Part shown: one piece after another, positions 1 through 11,916 of the stretch | How positions within the stretch are numbered: position 1 is the stretch's first letter | Layout of the letters: each line of letters begins with the position of its first letter | NCBI GenBank assembly: GCA_030141605.1 | Contig: JAQGDQ010000012.1 | Span: forward strand, 558,001-622,000 | Direction: 5' to 3' | DNA length: 64,000 nucleotides | DNA from: Tubiluchus corallicola | Lineage: Eukaryota; Animalia; Priapulida | Program-made: the position numbers and the translations under genes | The notes under the pieces: model-generated | Databases searched by the model: none | What the model was told of the DNA's origin: nothing | The model's input: only the letters and a program-made list of their open reading frames with translations

Positions 1-234
1 GTCAGAAAAGAGTGGTGGTACACCGTTATCAAAAACTCGAACTTGCAATGTGTATTGGCTTCGTATTTTGTAATCAAACTTCATAGCTGTTCTTAATGTG
101 CCCTCTGGCACCATACGAAATTCGTGAGCATCGTTACCAGAAATGATATCGAAAGTAAATGGATCAGCATTTGGGGTGACATCATCATCGGTGACAGTGA
201 ATCGCATTAGGCTCAAACCTATTGGTCGGTCCTC
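1..234 (-). CDS. FAT1: Fat-like cadherin exon 36 of window (runs off window edge)
   Basis: Acceptor ttttag; EDRPIGLSLMRFTVTDDDVTPNADPFTFDIISGND...VRVFDNGVPPLFSD; not in ORF track. Confidence 0.93.
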
Positions 235-465
235 CTAAAAAATGTAATGTAACTGCTTGCAAACAAAACAAGATTAACACAGACTCAGAATTTCATTTTA
301 AAGCCTTTGCATGTACAATTACATTTGCCTTTACCATTTCATTCACACTGGTAAAAGAATAATCCAAAGATATACTAACATATGCATCCATGTCAGCAAG
401 TACACTAATCCCCTTCCCTGTGCATCTTCTTTACAAGCATATAACATATGTTGACAAAAATGTAC

Positions 466-609
466 CTGTACAATTACACTGTAGTTTGTTTCGCTGAATT
501 TTGGTGGATTGTCGTTAGCATCCAGTAGCTCAATGTTCACATGTACAAAACTAGACAAAGGCGGTTTGCCACTGTCTGTTGCATGAACTTGAAGTGTGTA
601 GCTGTCTCT
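466..609 (-). CDS. FAT1: Fat-like cadherin exon 35
   Basis: ttacag/gtacat, phase 0-0; RDSYTLQVHATDSGKPPLSS...DANDNPPKF. Confidence 0.93.
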
Positions 610-705
610 CTGTAAATTTAACAGTGGAGATCAAAAGTTTGCAAAATACATTACATAATGATTGCTATTTTATGCAATGACTTATGAAACAAAAAATTAT
701 ACATA

Positions 706-1521
706 TTTTTGGTCAAGGAACTCGAGCCAAATATCGCTACACTTGGATGTTGTTCTTGGGGGATGACCTTTTTGAAGAAAGGCCCCTTGAATTTGCAATG
801 GATTATCACCAAACTTCACAAGAGCATACTAAAACAAACAGGGGACGAAGTCAGCTTTTCGATCCATCATTTTAACCAAATACGTGGCAATAAAATAATT
901 TAAAACTAAGGACCAATGAATCGTCGTAAAACTTTGCAGTAATATACTAGAAGGAGTTTAGCATCGATTGACAGAGCTGGACTTTCCATCTGCAATTTCA
1001 ACTTAAGATACTAGTTATATCGTCATTTTCAAAAAAGCCTAAGCCTCTGCCAATTTATATCATGGATCATCATAAAACTTTACAGTAAAATGTACTGAAA
1101 GGAGTTTTGTCTCAATGACGGAGCTAGGTTTTCGATCTGCCATTCTTAATTCAAGAAGGCAGAAAACATTATTTGAAAAAAAATAAGGCTTTATCAATTC
1201 CTAATCAGTCACCATGAAACTTTATATGAATGTGCTCGAACGAATTCCCCGTTGAGTGATGGAGTCGGATTTTTGATCTGCCATTTTGTATTCTAGACGG
1301 CAATAAAAGCAATAAAGATCACAATAAAGGTAGATAGCCCACAATAAAATGTGATTCCAGAGAAAAGCCTAAGGTTCCACCAATTTGCAAAAGATCGTTA
1401 TGAAACCCCAAAGAAATAAACAAGAATGAATTTTACAACGAGTGACAGAATTGGCTATCTTAAATTCAAGAGTTCATGAATTTAGCGAGTCACTCGAAAT
1501 ACAGTTCAAGTCAAGCTTGTT
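706..1521. mobile_element. Non-autonomous element with about 5 diverged 120-185 bp internal repeats (HINE/pearl-like)
   Basis: Recurring motif ATCRTCATAAAACTTT...GAYGGAGCT...TTTTCGATCTGCCATT near 801, 919, 1065, 1205 and 1392; ends in CTTGTT. Family assignment is inference. Confidence 0.45.
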
Positions 1522-1527
1522 ACTTAC

Positions 1528-1665
1528 AGTTTCACGGTCCAAATGTTTGGCTACTGTTATAACACCAGTGCTGCCATCAATATCAAACATCCCAATTGCA
1601 TCACCCGACATAATGGAGTATGCTATGAGACCATTAAGAGAACTGTCCTCGTCTGTTGCCAGTAA
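1528..1665 (-). CDS. FAT1: Fat-like cadherin exon 34
   Basis: ttttag/gtaagt, phase 0-0; LLATDEDSSLNGLIAYSI...TGVITVAKHLDRET. Confidence 0.93.
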
Positions 1666-1805
1666 CTAAAACACAATCCAAAAATGTGTTACCCATTTTA
1701 TAGACATATGGGTATATTTGCATCTCCTAATTACAATAATGAAGCCTTCAAGTAAAGAAATAACCGGTTATTAAACACAAAAATATCAATTACAGCAGTG
1801 CATAC

Positions 1806-2020
1806 CTGTATTACAGAGGTGCCCAGATCAGCATTTTCCTTTATTTGTGCACTGTAGGATGGCTGACTAAAACTGGGTGCATTGTCATTGTAATCAGTAA
1901 TATTTATATTCACTGTGGCAATGTTGCTAAGTGATGGAGTACCGCCATCGTTTGCTTGGATAGTCAAAAAATAGTCCTTTGATACTTCATAATCGAGGGG
2001 CTTAACTACAGAAATAGCAC
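1806..2020 (-). CDS. FAT1: Fat-like cadherin exon 33
   Basis: cccag/gtatgc, phase 1-0; GAISVVKPLDYE...DYNDNAPSF...SVIQ. Confidence 0.93.
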
Positions 2021-2080
2021 CTGGGAAAAAAATCACAAAAATGATTAGAATTCACGAATTTTGTATCTGGTTAAACAAAA

Positions 2081-2479
2081 TTTATATTCGTAATGCAAAG
2101 CGCTCGACTTCGAAGATCTTCTAAACATTGTAATCACTGTGTTTCAATTTACTTATTTTTTATAGTAATATTGGGTCTTGGTAATAACTAAGATTCTGCA
2201 ATATGCATATTGAAAATCAACCATTTATTCATTTTATTGTTTCTCCAATTTTCAAAACTTTTATAACACCAAAACTAGAATGGCTAGAATCATGAAACTT
2301 GAGCAGACACTAGGTGTTGGGGCCCTGACAGTGGAATGACAAACAGCGACCTCGTCAAAGAGTCAAGAAGATCAGTGGACATCGGCCAGTTTTCCTTCTG
2401 TCGCTTAACCCTCCTGCATTTTTGAGCTAATTCAAATTTTCTCACAGTTACTCAAATGTGCATATTGCATAATCTAGTT
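2081..2479. mobile_element. Degenerate HINE/DINE-like non-autonomous element
   Basis: Starts TTTATATTCGTAATGCAAAGCGC and ends TGCATATTGCATAATCTAGTT (short imperfect subterminal inverted repeat, CTAGTT end); internal ATCATGAAACTT motif. Confidence 0.3.
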
Positions 2480-2542
2480 TCAGTGTATTTTAATTAGTTT
2501 CTATAGTCTATGTTAACACAGGGAAAAATTACAGAACATTAC

Positions 2543-2755
2543 CAGTTTTTGGGTCTATGCTGAATTTGTTATGCTCATTGCCGGCAATGATGGAGTAAGT
2601 AATCTGCGCATTAATGCCACTATCACGGCTCGTTGCTAGGACACGAAGAATGTTGTTATCTATCGGGGTATTCTCACCAACACTAGCTGTGTAGACTTTT
2701 CGTTCAAATTCAGGTGGGTTGTCATTAACATCAGAAACCAGAATGGTCAATGTTG
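2543..2755 (-). CDS. FAT1: Fat-like cadherin exon 32
   Basis: tttag/gtaatg, phase 1-1; TLTILVSDVNDNPPEF...FSIDPKTG. Confidence 0.93.
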
Positions 2756-3004
2756 CTAAAAAACAAATATATTTAACCATCTTGAATCAACACATTCCAT
2801 ATTTATCCCTACCAATGACTAGCAATGGCCACAAAATTACTTGGACTACCAAGCATAAATATGAAATGGCTTTAAATCTTGACGCATGCAGTAAATGGAT
2901 TTTTACATATTACACCATTAAAGCAAGTCACGCCAAGTCATTATTGTACGATTTGGAAGCTTATACCTACTACTTATGGCAAGCTAACTGCTGTTCTCAA
3001 ATAC

Positions 3005-3178
3005 CTGTTCCAAATAGCCTTGGTTGACCATGATCAGTTGCCCTCAAGTGCAAGTTGAAACTAGATTGCACCTCTCTATCTAATGGCTTTGTTAAGCTTA
3101 CTATCCCACTTGTCGCGTCAATGGAGAAGGTACCATCAGCGGAATCTTCAAGCGTGTAATTTATTTGTCGGTTAATGC
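3005..3178 (-). CDS. FAT1: Fat-like cadherin exon 31
   Basis: ttcag/gtattt, phase 1-1; [35 protein letters not shown]...[12 protein letters not shown]; not in ORF track. Confidence 0.92.
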
Positions 3179-3383
3179 CTGAAATAAGTTATGAAATGTA
3201 AATGGTTTTCTTTCATTTCGACAATTTTACTAGAAACATCTGAAGAAATATACTTATAATACTATTTAATGTAAATACAAGGAGTTTTTCATTTTATTTA
3301 TTTATTATGGTAAATAACAATTTACTACTTCAAATGTCTGAATAAGTTATGGCAGCACACAAGACTGAATGAGTACAGCTTAC

Positions 3384-3516
3384 CCAAGTCTGGATCAGTA
3401 GCATGAACACGAATCAAAAGCGAATTTCTTGGCATATCCTCAGCAACTGTCACTGTGTAGTGATCCGAATCAAACTGTGGAGCATTATCGTTAACATCAG
3501 ATAACTTTATTTCAAC
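3384..3516 (-). CDS. FAT1: Fat-like cadherin exon 30
   Basis: tttag/gtaagc, phase 0-1; VEIKLSDVNDNAPQF...HATDPDLG; not in ORF track. Confidence 0.92.
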
Positions 3517-3606
3517 CTAAATTGTAAAAGTGATCAGATTATGGAATCAGATTTGATCGTATTATGATAAAAAGTTCTAAAAAATTAAACAAAAATCTGA
3601 ACTTAC

Positions 3607-3861
3607 ACGTGATGTGCACGAATGATCTGCAACATCCGCTGCTACAGCAACCAGTTCGTATTTGCTAACTGACTCTCTGTCAAGTTGCCTAGCAACTGTA
3701 ATAATGCCCATGTGTGGATGAATGTCAAACATGTTACTTCCTGGTCCAGTTAGGTTATACTTCAAACGAGCATTGATTCCAAAATCATTGTCAATAGCTT
3801 GTATTCGAGTGACATATTGAGTAACTGTAGATCCCTCAGAAATAATTTCACTGTAAACATC
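3607..3861 (-). CDS. FAT1: Fat-like cadherin exon 29
   Basis: aacag/gtaagt, phase 0-0; DVYSEIISEG...LDRESVSKYELVAVAADVADHSCTSR. Confidence 0.92.
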
Positions 3862-4201
3862 CTGTTAAAACAATAACATTACAATTTGCAGATATCATGG
3901 AGAGTTGTCATCAGCCATAGCAAATCACCATTGGCAGTAAGAATAAGAGAAGGTACTTGAACAAAAGAAACACAACACACATTATTTCTTTAACAACAAA
4001 AAGCTGAAACAGCAAAATATATCTGAGCCTCAAACATTTCTTTTGAAAATACGAGATCAAGACGTCTTTAATCGGTAACATGATTGCTTCATACCAAGAC
4101 TAGAAAACAACTGAAAAATCTGTTAATTAGCAGATAACATAGTGACAAATGTAAAATGTAGCCAAACACAGAAGCAAAAAAGCCCTCAATCGGTGCCTTA
4201 C

Positions 4202-4408
4202 CTGATCACACATTGGTACATTATCGTTCACATCAAGTATCTCCACCGTTAGCTGTGTCTGAGTAACAAAAAGACCATCTGTGGCAAGGACTAACAAGTC
4301 GTAACGATTCTGCATTTCTCTATCTAAAGGTTTTGTAACATAAACCTCACCGCCTGGTCCCATATCAAACTGCCCTCTTTGATCTCCAGCAATGATATAG
4401 TAGGAAGC
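4202..4408 (-). CDS. FAT1: Fat-like cadherin exon 28
   Basis: tttag/gtaagg, phase 0-0; ASYYIIAGDQRGQF...LDRE...DVNDNVPMCDQ. Confidence 0.93.
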
Positions 4409-4588
4409 CTAAATATGAAATAAAATGCCTAGATTGCAAACAACAATGAAGTAAATAATCTAATGCAACTTTGTTAATGCAATTAACAAAAACAAGGAAA
4501 ATCTACTATGCAGTTAAAAAAGGAACTATTTAATCGTGCAAAATTTAAGTAGTGCTCGGTGCCAATTAAAAACAATTTTTTGCTGTAC

Positions 4589-4723
4589 CATTGCATTTTC
4601 ACCCTCATCAAGGTCTGTTGTTTCTAGCACCATCACAGTTGTCCCTGGCAAGGCATCTTCGTTTACCGCAGCAGTGTAATGACTTTTGCTAAATGTTGGT
4701 GGATTGTCATTGTAATCCATCAC
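4589..4723 (-). CDS. FAT1: Fat-like cadherin exon 27
   Basis: tatag/gtacag, phase 0-0; VMDYNDNPPTF...TDLDEGENAM. Confidence 0.9.
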
Positions 4724-4851
4724 CTATAAGTAGTTGTTTTAGATAAATTGCTTCAGACAATGAAATATTATTTGATGAACATTAGATCTACACACTGTTA
4801 AGCAACAAGTGCATATGTAATTAGTAGCTTTTTAATATTTCTGTTACTTAC

Positions 4852-5032
4852 ATTAACAAGGAGTTCCGTTGTCTGTGCAAGCTGTATGGGTTCACCACCA
4901 TCTGTAGCTTTAACAGTAATAACATATGACATCACAGCTTCTCGATCTAGTTCTGCAACTGTGGTTACCCAGCCTGTCTTGCTGTCAATGATGAAGAAGC
5001 CACTCACCTCAGCTTCATTTACAATTGAATAG
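4852..5032 (-). CDS. FAT1: Fat-like cadherin exon 26
   Basis: tccag/gtaagt, phase 2-0; YSIVNEAEVSGFFIIDSKTGWV...LDRE...ATDGGEP. Confidence 0.93.
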
Positions 5033-5202
5033 CTGGAAAAAAATATCAGTACTCAAAGCAGCAACTACACTTACATTTACTATAAAACAAAAAGAAAGAT
5101 TATCAAGTTTGTCAAATTCTATCTTAACATATCTAGACACAATTCAGTTTCTCATAACAAGTTTTACAAGTTTTTTCTTGTCTCGTTAAGTTTCATTCTT
5201 AT

Positions 5203-5858
5203 GCACTAGACTCACGATTAATAGAATCAGTCGCTTAATTGACTCACTTATCATATGCACTATTATGCTAGCCTAGATTTTGCTTTGAATCTGTCTCACG
5301 CTCGTCTACTGCAATTAACCTCGTTGTTTCGTGAATCTAAACATTTTATCACTTGCCTAGCAGTTGCTTTTAAAGTTCCCATTGCTTTTCACAGGGGAAA
5401 CAAGGTCATTACTAATTCCAGCTCAAGCATTAGATGACTAGGTTTTTGCGTGAACATGTGCAGCATAGAGCAACAAATTTTCAACGTTTTCGTCAATATA
5501 ACCCAACTTCTTTCTATACATTGTATTTGCATTTCCAAGCAAATGGAAAATAAATAAATTGCTCTTCACGAAGAAGTGAAGCAACCAACCTTGCATGATT
5601 TTGTGTAAATTTTAGTGGTAATAGTAAGATTTGAGCAATTTTGTTTTCATTTTTGTTATTTATGAATTCACTTATATTGACATTAATTCATTTCTAAAAT
5701 TCACTTAAAGCATTTGCAATGAATACTAAGGTGATGAGTGATGACTCATACGTCTGTAGTAGTAACATGTTATACCTGTCAGTTAATTGATCCAGTCGGT
5801 TAATTGGGTCAAAACACTTCCATCCCAAAGTGAGTCTATTAAGCTGCACTTACTCTAA
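5203..5858. mobile_element. Degenerate MITE-like element (pogo/Tigger-like termini)
   Basis: Left TTAATAGAATCA versus right TGAGTCTATTAA (inverted), with TTAATTG sub-repeats at both ends; family is inference. Confidence 0.3.
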
Positions 5859-5936
5859 TTGTAACACGAATGTTTTTCTAAAAGTTATTAAAAAAATTTT
5901 GAAATCCAGTTAAATGGAAATTTGTACTTTATTCAC

Positions 5937-6073
5937 CTCACACCGCTGGTACTTAGATCTGCATCAATAGCTGTCATTTGTATAACTGGTGTACCTCTCG
6001 GCACATTCTCGGCTACATTCGCTTCACAAGGTGAGCAGGAAAATTCCGGATAGTTGTCATTGACATCCATTAT
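5937..6073 (-). CDS. FAT1: Fat-like cadherin exon 25
   Basis: accag/gtgaat, phase 0-2; IMDVNDNYPEF...AENVPRGTPVIQMTAIDAD; not in ORF track. Confidence 0.92.
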
Positions 6074-6460
6074 CTGGTAAAATAAAGGCAACAAAGCTAT
6101 TTTCAGCTACAACTATACATACAGGTTAATAGTTCTACCTCGAGGTGAGAATTAGTGGTTTTTTAGCATTTAGTTGGATTCATGAAACCCCAAGGGTTAT
6201 ATTACCAGGTTCCGTGGTATTACTAATTTTCAATAAACCAGTTTTTTCTCTACTGGTTCCTACACCAATTACAGTCACATAGAATAATAAAACTAATTAA
6301 TTAATAACCTAATCAAATTATTATGCAAATAACATTTGACAAAGAACACTTCAATAAAATATGCCAATATAAAACACTAAATATCTGGCCAGTTAATAAA
6401 ACTCTATACAATATGAGAACTGCCTGTGAGAGTTCCAAAAAAGTTAACAAGAGTTATTAC

Positions 6461-6630
6461 CTGTATATGAACTTCAGTGAAATCAGTCAGAGGTGGACTG
6501 GACAATGTAGATACTTCGATAGTGAGAACATACTGGTCAGTTTCTTCCCTATCTAAAGGTCGAAGGACTCTAATGGTTCCATCATTGTCAATAGAAAATT
6601 GTAACTTTGAGTTTGTGATTGGTTCCACAC
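6461..6630 (-). CDS. FAT1: Fat-like cadherin exon 24
   Basis: gctag/gtaata, phase 1-0; QFSIDNDGTIRVLRPLDREE...EVHIQ. Confidence 0.92.
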
Positions 6631-7047
6631 CTAGCAAGATGTTAGAAAAAAACAGCACATCAACCAACTTAGTCCTAATTATGTTATAAAAAAACTAGAG
6701 AACTAACCAAAACAAAATTTTATTGCCTGGGAAAATATAATCAGTATGAAGCCTGATAAGTGTAGCATGTGCAATGTGAATCATCTTAATGTATATCTGT
6801 CTGCTGAAACGTGCAAATATTGAAATTAGGTGATTTTTTTCTAAATGGCATTGCAGATTTTTTAAATGGATCTTTGGAGATTTACCACACATTGCTACAT
6901 GTGGACTTGAAAAAGAAAACGAAAAAAAAAACAAAAAACTTGAAAAGTATAGAAAATTTCAAGAAAATAAAGAAAAGGTAAAAATTAATGTGCTATGAAA
7001 TACAACATCGCCCACAGGGGCAATCTCATACTGCATTATCAACATAC

Positions 7048-7263
7048 CTGGTACAATACTGTAGCTGAGACTAGTTTCACCTTTAGCTGGAATTGTGGCA
7101 ATTGGACTTCCTGGACGTATGTTTTCATTGACAAAGTATTGGTAAGGTCCTTGTTCAAATCGAGGAGGAACATCGTCGTCATCCATAATCATGACTTCAA
7201 TAGGGACGTCGGCTGCCATAACACCATCTTCAGCACGTATGAAGAACTGTACTACTTCGTTTT
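7048..7263 (-). CDS. FAT1: Fat-like cadherin exon 23
   Basis: tatag/gtatgt, phase 1-1; NEVVQFFIRAEDG...SYSIVPG. Confidence 0.92.
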
Positions 7264-7461
7264 CTATAAAAACAATTAAAGTTAGGAAAACCAAAATACT
7301 TGTAAACATTTTATGAGCAAAAGGTATTTAATATCTATCGTTATCTCCACAAAATGTAACACAATTCAAAGACGTCATAAAAACTTGTCTGGCAGCAACC
7401 TAAGCAAATCTAGAGGGAAAGCTCAAACTTGAGATTACCTAATACTTAATCTCAGACTCAC

Positions 7462-7603
7462 CTAATCCTGTAAGCAGGCTACTTATAGTGAGATCGCCAG
7501 TAGTCTTGTTTATTGTAAACAAGTTTGAAGCGTTGGTCATTTCGCTTTCGTAAATACTGTAGTGCACAATACCGTTGCCAGCGTCAGGATCAACAGCTTT
7601 TAC
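7462..7603 (-). CDS. FAT1: Fat-like cadherin exon 22
   Basis: tgcag/gtgagt, phase 0-1; VKAVDPDAGNGIVHYSIY...FTINKTTGDL; not in ORF track. Confidence 0.92.
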
Positions 7604-8235
7604 CTGCATGAAAAATAGTAAAATTAATGATAATCAAAAATGACAAAGCCACATAGGAACTACCTGCAAGTAAAAACATGTTTTTAGTATATGAAGTACA
7701 CCAACAGTTATCATTACTGTTATAAAAGCTATTATGCCATTTGAATTTTATATTAATTAGGAGTAGGTTCAGATTCAATCTTTTTACATTTGAATTTCTT
7801 TTGCATTCTGTTGTCGCTTAAAATGCTTAAATGATGATTTCATCCATTGTTACATGCTGGCATTGTTAAAATACAATAATAAGTTGGAAAAAAATCAAAT
7901 CAAAATTTTAAGCATTTTAACATACAAAAGCTTTAAGAAGTTGTCATCAAGATAGGACTTCCTGGATCACAGTCCTATCTGCAAAATTCTTAACAAACTA
8001 AACTGGCAAATGTAAAAAATAAACAAAATACATTAAAACTTTTGTAAAGCAAATTTACGCAGGTGTTTAGCAATCAGACATGCTTAGTTAAGTTGTTTTC
8101 ATGCCAGTTAACAAAACTATCGTATAGAATTTAAACAACAAGAGATAAAAGCTGGGACATGACATGATGCTACTTTTTTTATTACGCTCTTCTTCTGTGC
8201 AGTTTCCTTGCCTTTAACCTATAATTAGTTATCAC

Positions 8236-8444
8236 CTTTAAAATACTGGTGCCTATGTCTGTATCTGAATGGATGTTGGCTCTGTACTGAGAAGCGCGAA
8301 AAACAGGCGGAGAGTCGAATTCATCTCCAATATGAACTGAAACAGTAGCAAATCCGGATCGACCGCCACCATCTTCTGCAATCACCGAGAATACATACAC
8401 ACTACACTCCTCACGATCTAATGCAACCTTACTTCGAATCTCTC
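8236..8444 (-). CDS. FAT1: Fat-like cadherin exon 21
   Basis: tttag/gtgata, phase 1-0; EIRSKVALDREE...AEDGGGRSGF...TSILK. Confidence 0.92.
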
Positions 8445-8865
8445 CTAAAAAATAAACACAAAACTTTACTTATACTGAGACATATTAGTTTTTTAGGTAA
8501 GATATACTTTCTACTGCAATCACATATTTTGAAATTTAAAAAAAATGTGTCATGGTCGTTAGATGAAGCACAGGCAAATGCTCAATTCACCCGTGCACGA
8601 TAATAGAACATGCTTCCTGCACTCAAAAACCAGATTTCGATTCAAAACTGAACACATTTTTTGTACTAAGTCACGAAAAACACCGTTAAGGAAAAGTGTG
8701 CACACAATTAAAACTTGATCATCCAAACTGATTTTTATTTATGGCAATATGAACTTGTATTTATAAAGAAAAAAGTCTAATAACGAGTCAGTCATGCAAA
8801 CAGACAAATGTTCTATCTCCATCATCATTACTGCAATTTAACAGCGAAAAAGATCAAGAACGTAC

Positions 8866-9010
8866 CTGTGTTTTCATCAATGTCAAACACCTTTTCAATC
8901 TTGTCATCCAAAATTCGAAAGCTAATTTTTCCATAAGTATCCCTGTCTCTGTCTGTAGCAACAACTGTTGTTACGATTGACCCAGCCACTTTATTTTCAG
9001 TGAAATTCAC
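8866..9010 (-). CDS. FAT1: Fat-like cadherin exon 20
   Basis: tacag/gtacgt, phase 0-1; VNFTENKVAGSIVTTVVATDRD...FDIDENTG. Confidence 0.92.
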
Positions 9011-9451
9011 CTGTAAGTTTAAAAACCTTTGTACAATTCTTTGTACAAACCTGCCCTGTTCACACATTTATCCCCAGCAAATGCATTTTCACAAATCATT
9101 GGACAGTTTATATCAAAAATTGCTATTTTTACTTCTTTGAGTTGCAATCATTTTGTGGTTTGAAAATTTTTAAGAGCAGTAGTCTCCAAAAAATACTCTT
9201 ATATGGTTTACTTATTTATTCCTGTTATGTAATGTTTATTTTTTCGAAAACTCTCATTCAAAGCTTGTCTTTCACTAATTTCTAGCACTCAATTTGCCAA
9301 TTTTTTTAAAATAAGTTCTTTAACTTGTATTATAAAGGCTATGTAAACCACCAACAATTTTTTTACTCCTAACTGTATTTGAAGCAAATTGTTTTACTTG
9401 TGTCTAGTGCTTTGGTCATTTTCTGTTTTACACAACGCACAAAAAGCTCAC

Positions 9452-9612
9452 CTCATACAGGTTCTGGGTAAAAACAGGTGAGAATTTATTGGCACTAGTT
9501 ACATTGACATGAACTTGAGTAAATGCTGAATAGACGCCATCAGTTGCTGTTATGTTTAGTATATAGAACGGCTCCAACAATATCTCTCCATGGCTCGCTA
9601 ATGAAATTGCCC
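9452..9612 (-). CDS. FAT1: Fat-like cadherin exon 19
   Basis: ttcag/gtgagc, phase 1-0; AISL...LNITATDGVYS...ANKFSPVFTQNLYE. Confidence 0.92.
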
Positions 9613-9901
9613 CTGAAATGGTACAGGTTGATTTTGACTTCATAGAACACTAATCATTTGAATGTCCATAAAATACACAGAAACGAAAAATACAACATGT
9701 GACTAACTAAAACAAGGTTTTCCACAAAAAATCAGGTTCATAAAATACAATTACGTTATGAATCAACACTTATTATATGTAAGGTAGGATTTATCATAAA
9801 CAAGCTAAATCTAGATGTAGAAACAAACTTAAAACAAAAAAGAGGAAAAACTGTAAAAAAAAATCATTAGCACAGAGTGGCTGTCTTTCAGAAACACTTA
9901 C

Positions 9902-10216
9902 CAGTCTTTGAATCAACTGAAAAAGTTTTCTGTTCATTTCCACCCACAATGAAATATTTCAGTTTTGTCCAATCAGAATGGTCTGGATCAAATGCTGTAA
10001 CCATGGTAACAAACTGCCCATGTGCAGCTTCTTCCGAAATGGAACAGTTGTAGTTATACTGATCAAAGAAAGGTGGATTGTCATTGATATCAGTTATGCG
10101 AATCCATACCGTAGTTGTGGAACTAAGGGCGGGGTTCCCTGAATCCATAGCTACCACATGGAAACGATAATGCGATTGTTTTTCATAATCTAAGTTCTGT
10201 TTAGTATGTATTGAAC
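9902..10216 (-). CDS. FAT1: Fat-like cadherin exon 18
   Basis: tacag/gtaagt, phase 1-1; LDYEKQ...DINDNPPFF...FSVDSKTG. Confidence 0.93.
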
Positions 10217-10599
10217 CTGTAAAAAACAAATGTATTAATGCCACTAAAAATATGAATCTGGCAGGCACTGCATGACTTGGAAATGACTAGGTCAAACACT
10301 TGCAAGGATTTTGCACATATTCTGTCCATTTATTAACTTACAAAACTGTAAATAAAAAAATCTTGCATTTAACATTGCTATGATAATTCTTAATGCTAAA
10401 AACCTGAACAGTTGAAATCTTGCAGACTGTTTCCCTCTGACTAGCTAAAATGGAATCACCTCTTTCTGTGTGGTGGGGTAGGGGCTAAATTAATTTAATT
10501 TAACTTAGTTCATCCCTGTAGCTCCACTAGTTAAACTGATAGTAATGCACTACAATATAAAATTAGCATATTAAGTAGAGCGAAAGACATTTTACTTAC

Positions 10600-10923
10600 C
10601 AGTAGAGGAATCCACATGGAAGACACTGAGTGTAATATCACCATCTTCAACTGGCTCAATGTGATAATGTAGCAGCTTGTTTGCCCCAGAGTCTTCATCA
10701 TTGGCTTTGACTTGTCCAATCGATGTACCAACAGGTGCCACTTCTAATACATTAAAAATGTAATTGCTCTTCTCAAAAATGGGAGCATTGTCATTGACAT
10801 CGACTAGCTGAACATTGACAATGACGTCAGAGTGGACACTAGACAATGTGTCCGTAGCACGCAAAGTCAACTGGTAATTCTGCTGCATTTCGTAGTCTAG
10901 GTCATCAACCACACTGATGACAC
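10600..10923 (-). CDS. FAT1: Fat-like cadherin exon 17
   Basis: attag/gtaagt, phase 1-1; VISVVDDLDYE...DVNDNAPIF...FHVDSSTG. Confidence 0.93.
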
Positions 10924-11895
10924 CTAATAAAAGAAAGCACATTTAATATGGCTAGAAATTTTAAGCTGAATTATTTTTTACGTGACATAATTGCTTCTCT
11001 GAACTTCAGTAATTAAAAAGTTGACTAACCAAGTTTACTGATTGAAATACCATATTAATTAATTACATTTAATTGCAATTGTAATTATAAAAGTAAGTTA
11101 ACTTGAATACTTTTATTCCAAGATAATGTACTTTGCCTGAAAACGTACTTGCTTGGAGCAAAAAAAGGAAATAGTAAATTTAATTTCGACAGCAACTGCA
11201 AGACATTATTAATAAATGAAGATAATTGAGTTTAGTGATCATTTATCACAGCATTTGCTGAATTAATTAAAGCCTTATGGGCTACAGTAAATGAGTATTA
11301 TTCAAAATGCCTTCCAACACAGTCAAACAGAAAGTGTCAAAAACTGTAAATATTATATGACAAGATATTTAGAGATCTACAACCTAAACTACAAGAATTC
11401 TCTCAAAACACCAAAAAAGCTATTTTCCTTTCTAAATAATGCATGCTTAATGAACTGCAACTTCGTTATGAACAATAAATTTTTTGTAACTCTTATAATC
11501 TCCTAACTTCTAAGCCAACACATAATGCTTTACTATCTACATGTAATCGATGAAAAATAACAAGAAAAAACAAAACAGAAAATGCAATAAAAAATAAATA
11601 AATCACACCATTATGTTAGTTCAAAAATACAAAATGTGTGCAAAGCAGTTAATTTCATGGCATTTGGGAATCTAGTATTTACTTAGGAAATGTAAATGGC
11701 CAGAAATCAGAAAAGTGGCAAATTTTTTGACTCATCATTGTTATAGCCAATCATTGCCAAAACAAAAATATTTCAGGTGTAGAAAATATCCCAAATTCCA
11801 TGTCTGTAAAAAGCGTATAGGCAAAATAGTTAACTGGCGGACAACAGCAAAACAGACGCCTACAAACACAAGAGCATCTTTCCAGTTATACTCAC

Positions 11896-11916
11896 AAGGA
11901 GAGTTATATTCTGGAT
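11896..11916 (-). CDS. FAT1: Candidate 21-nt alternatively spliced microexon (gives DPEYNSPC in place of G)
   Basis: Minus strand reads pyrimidine tract...ccaacag ATCCAGAATATAACTCTCCTT gtgagt; length 3n, phase 1-1 matching the flanking exons, no stop. Confidence 0.75.
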
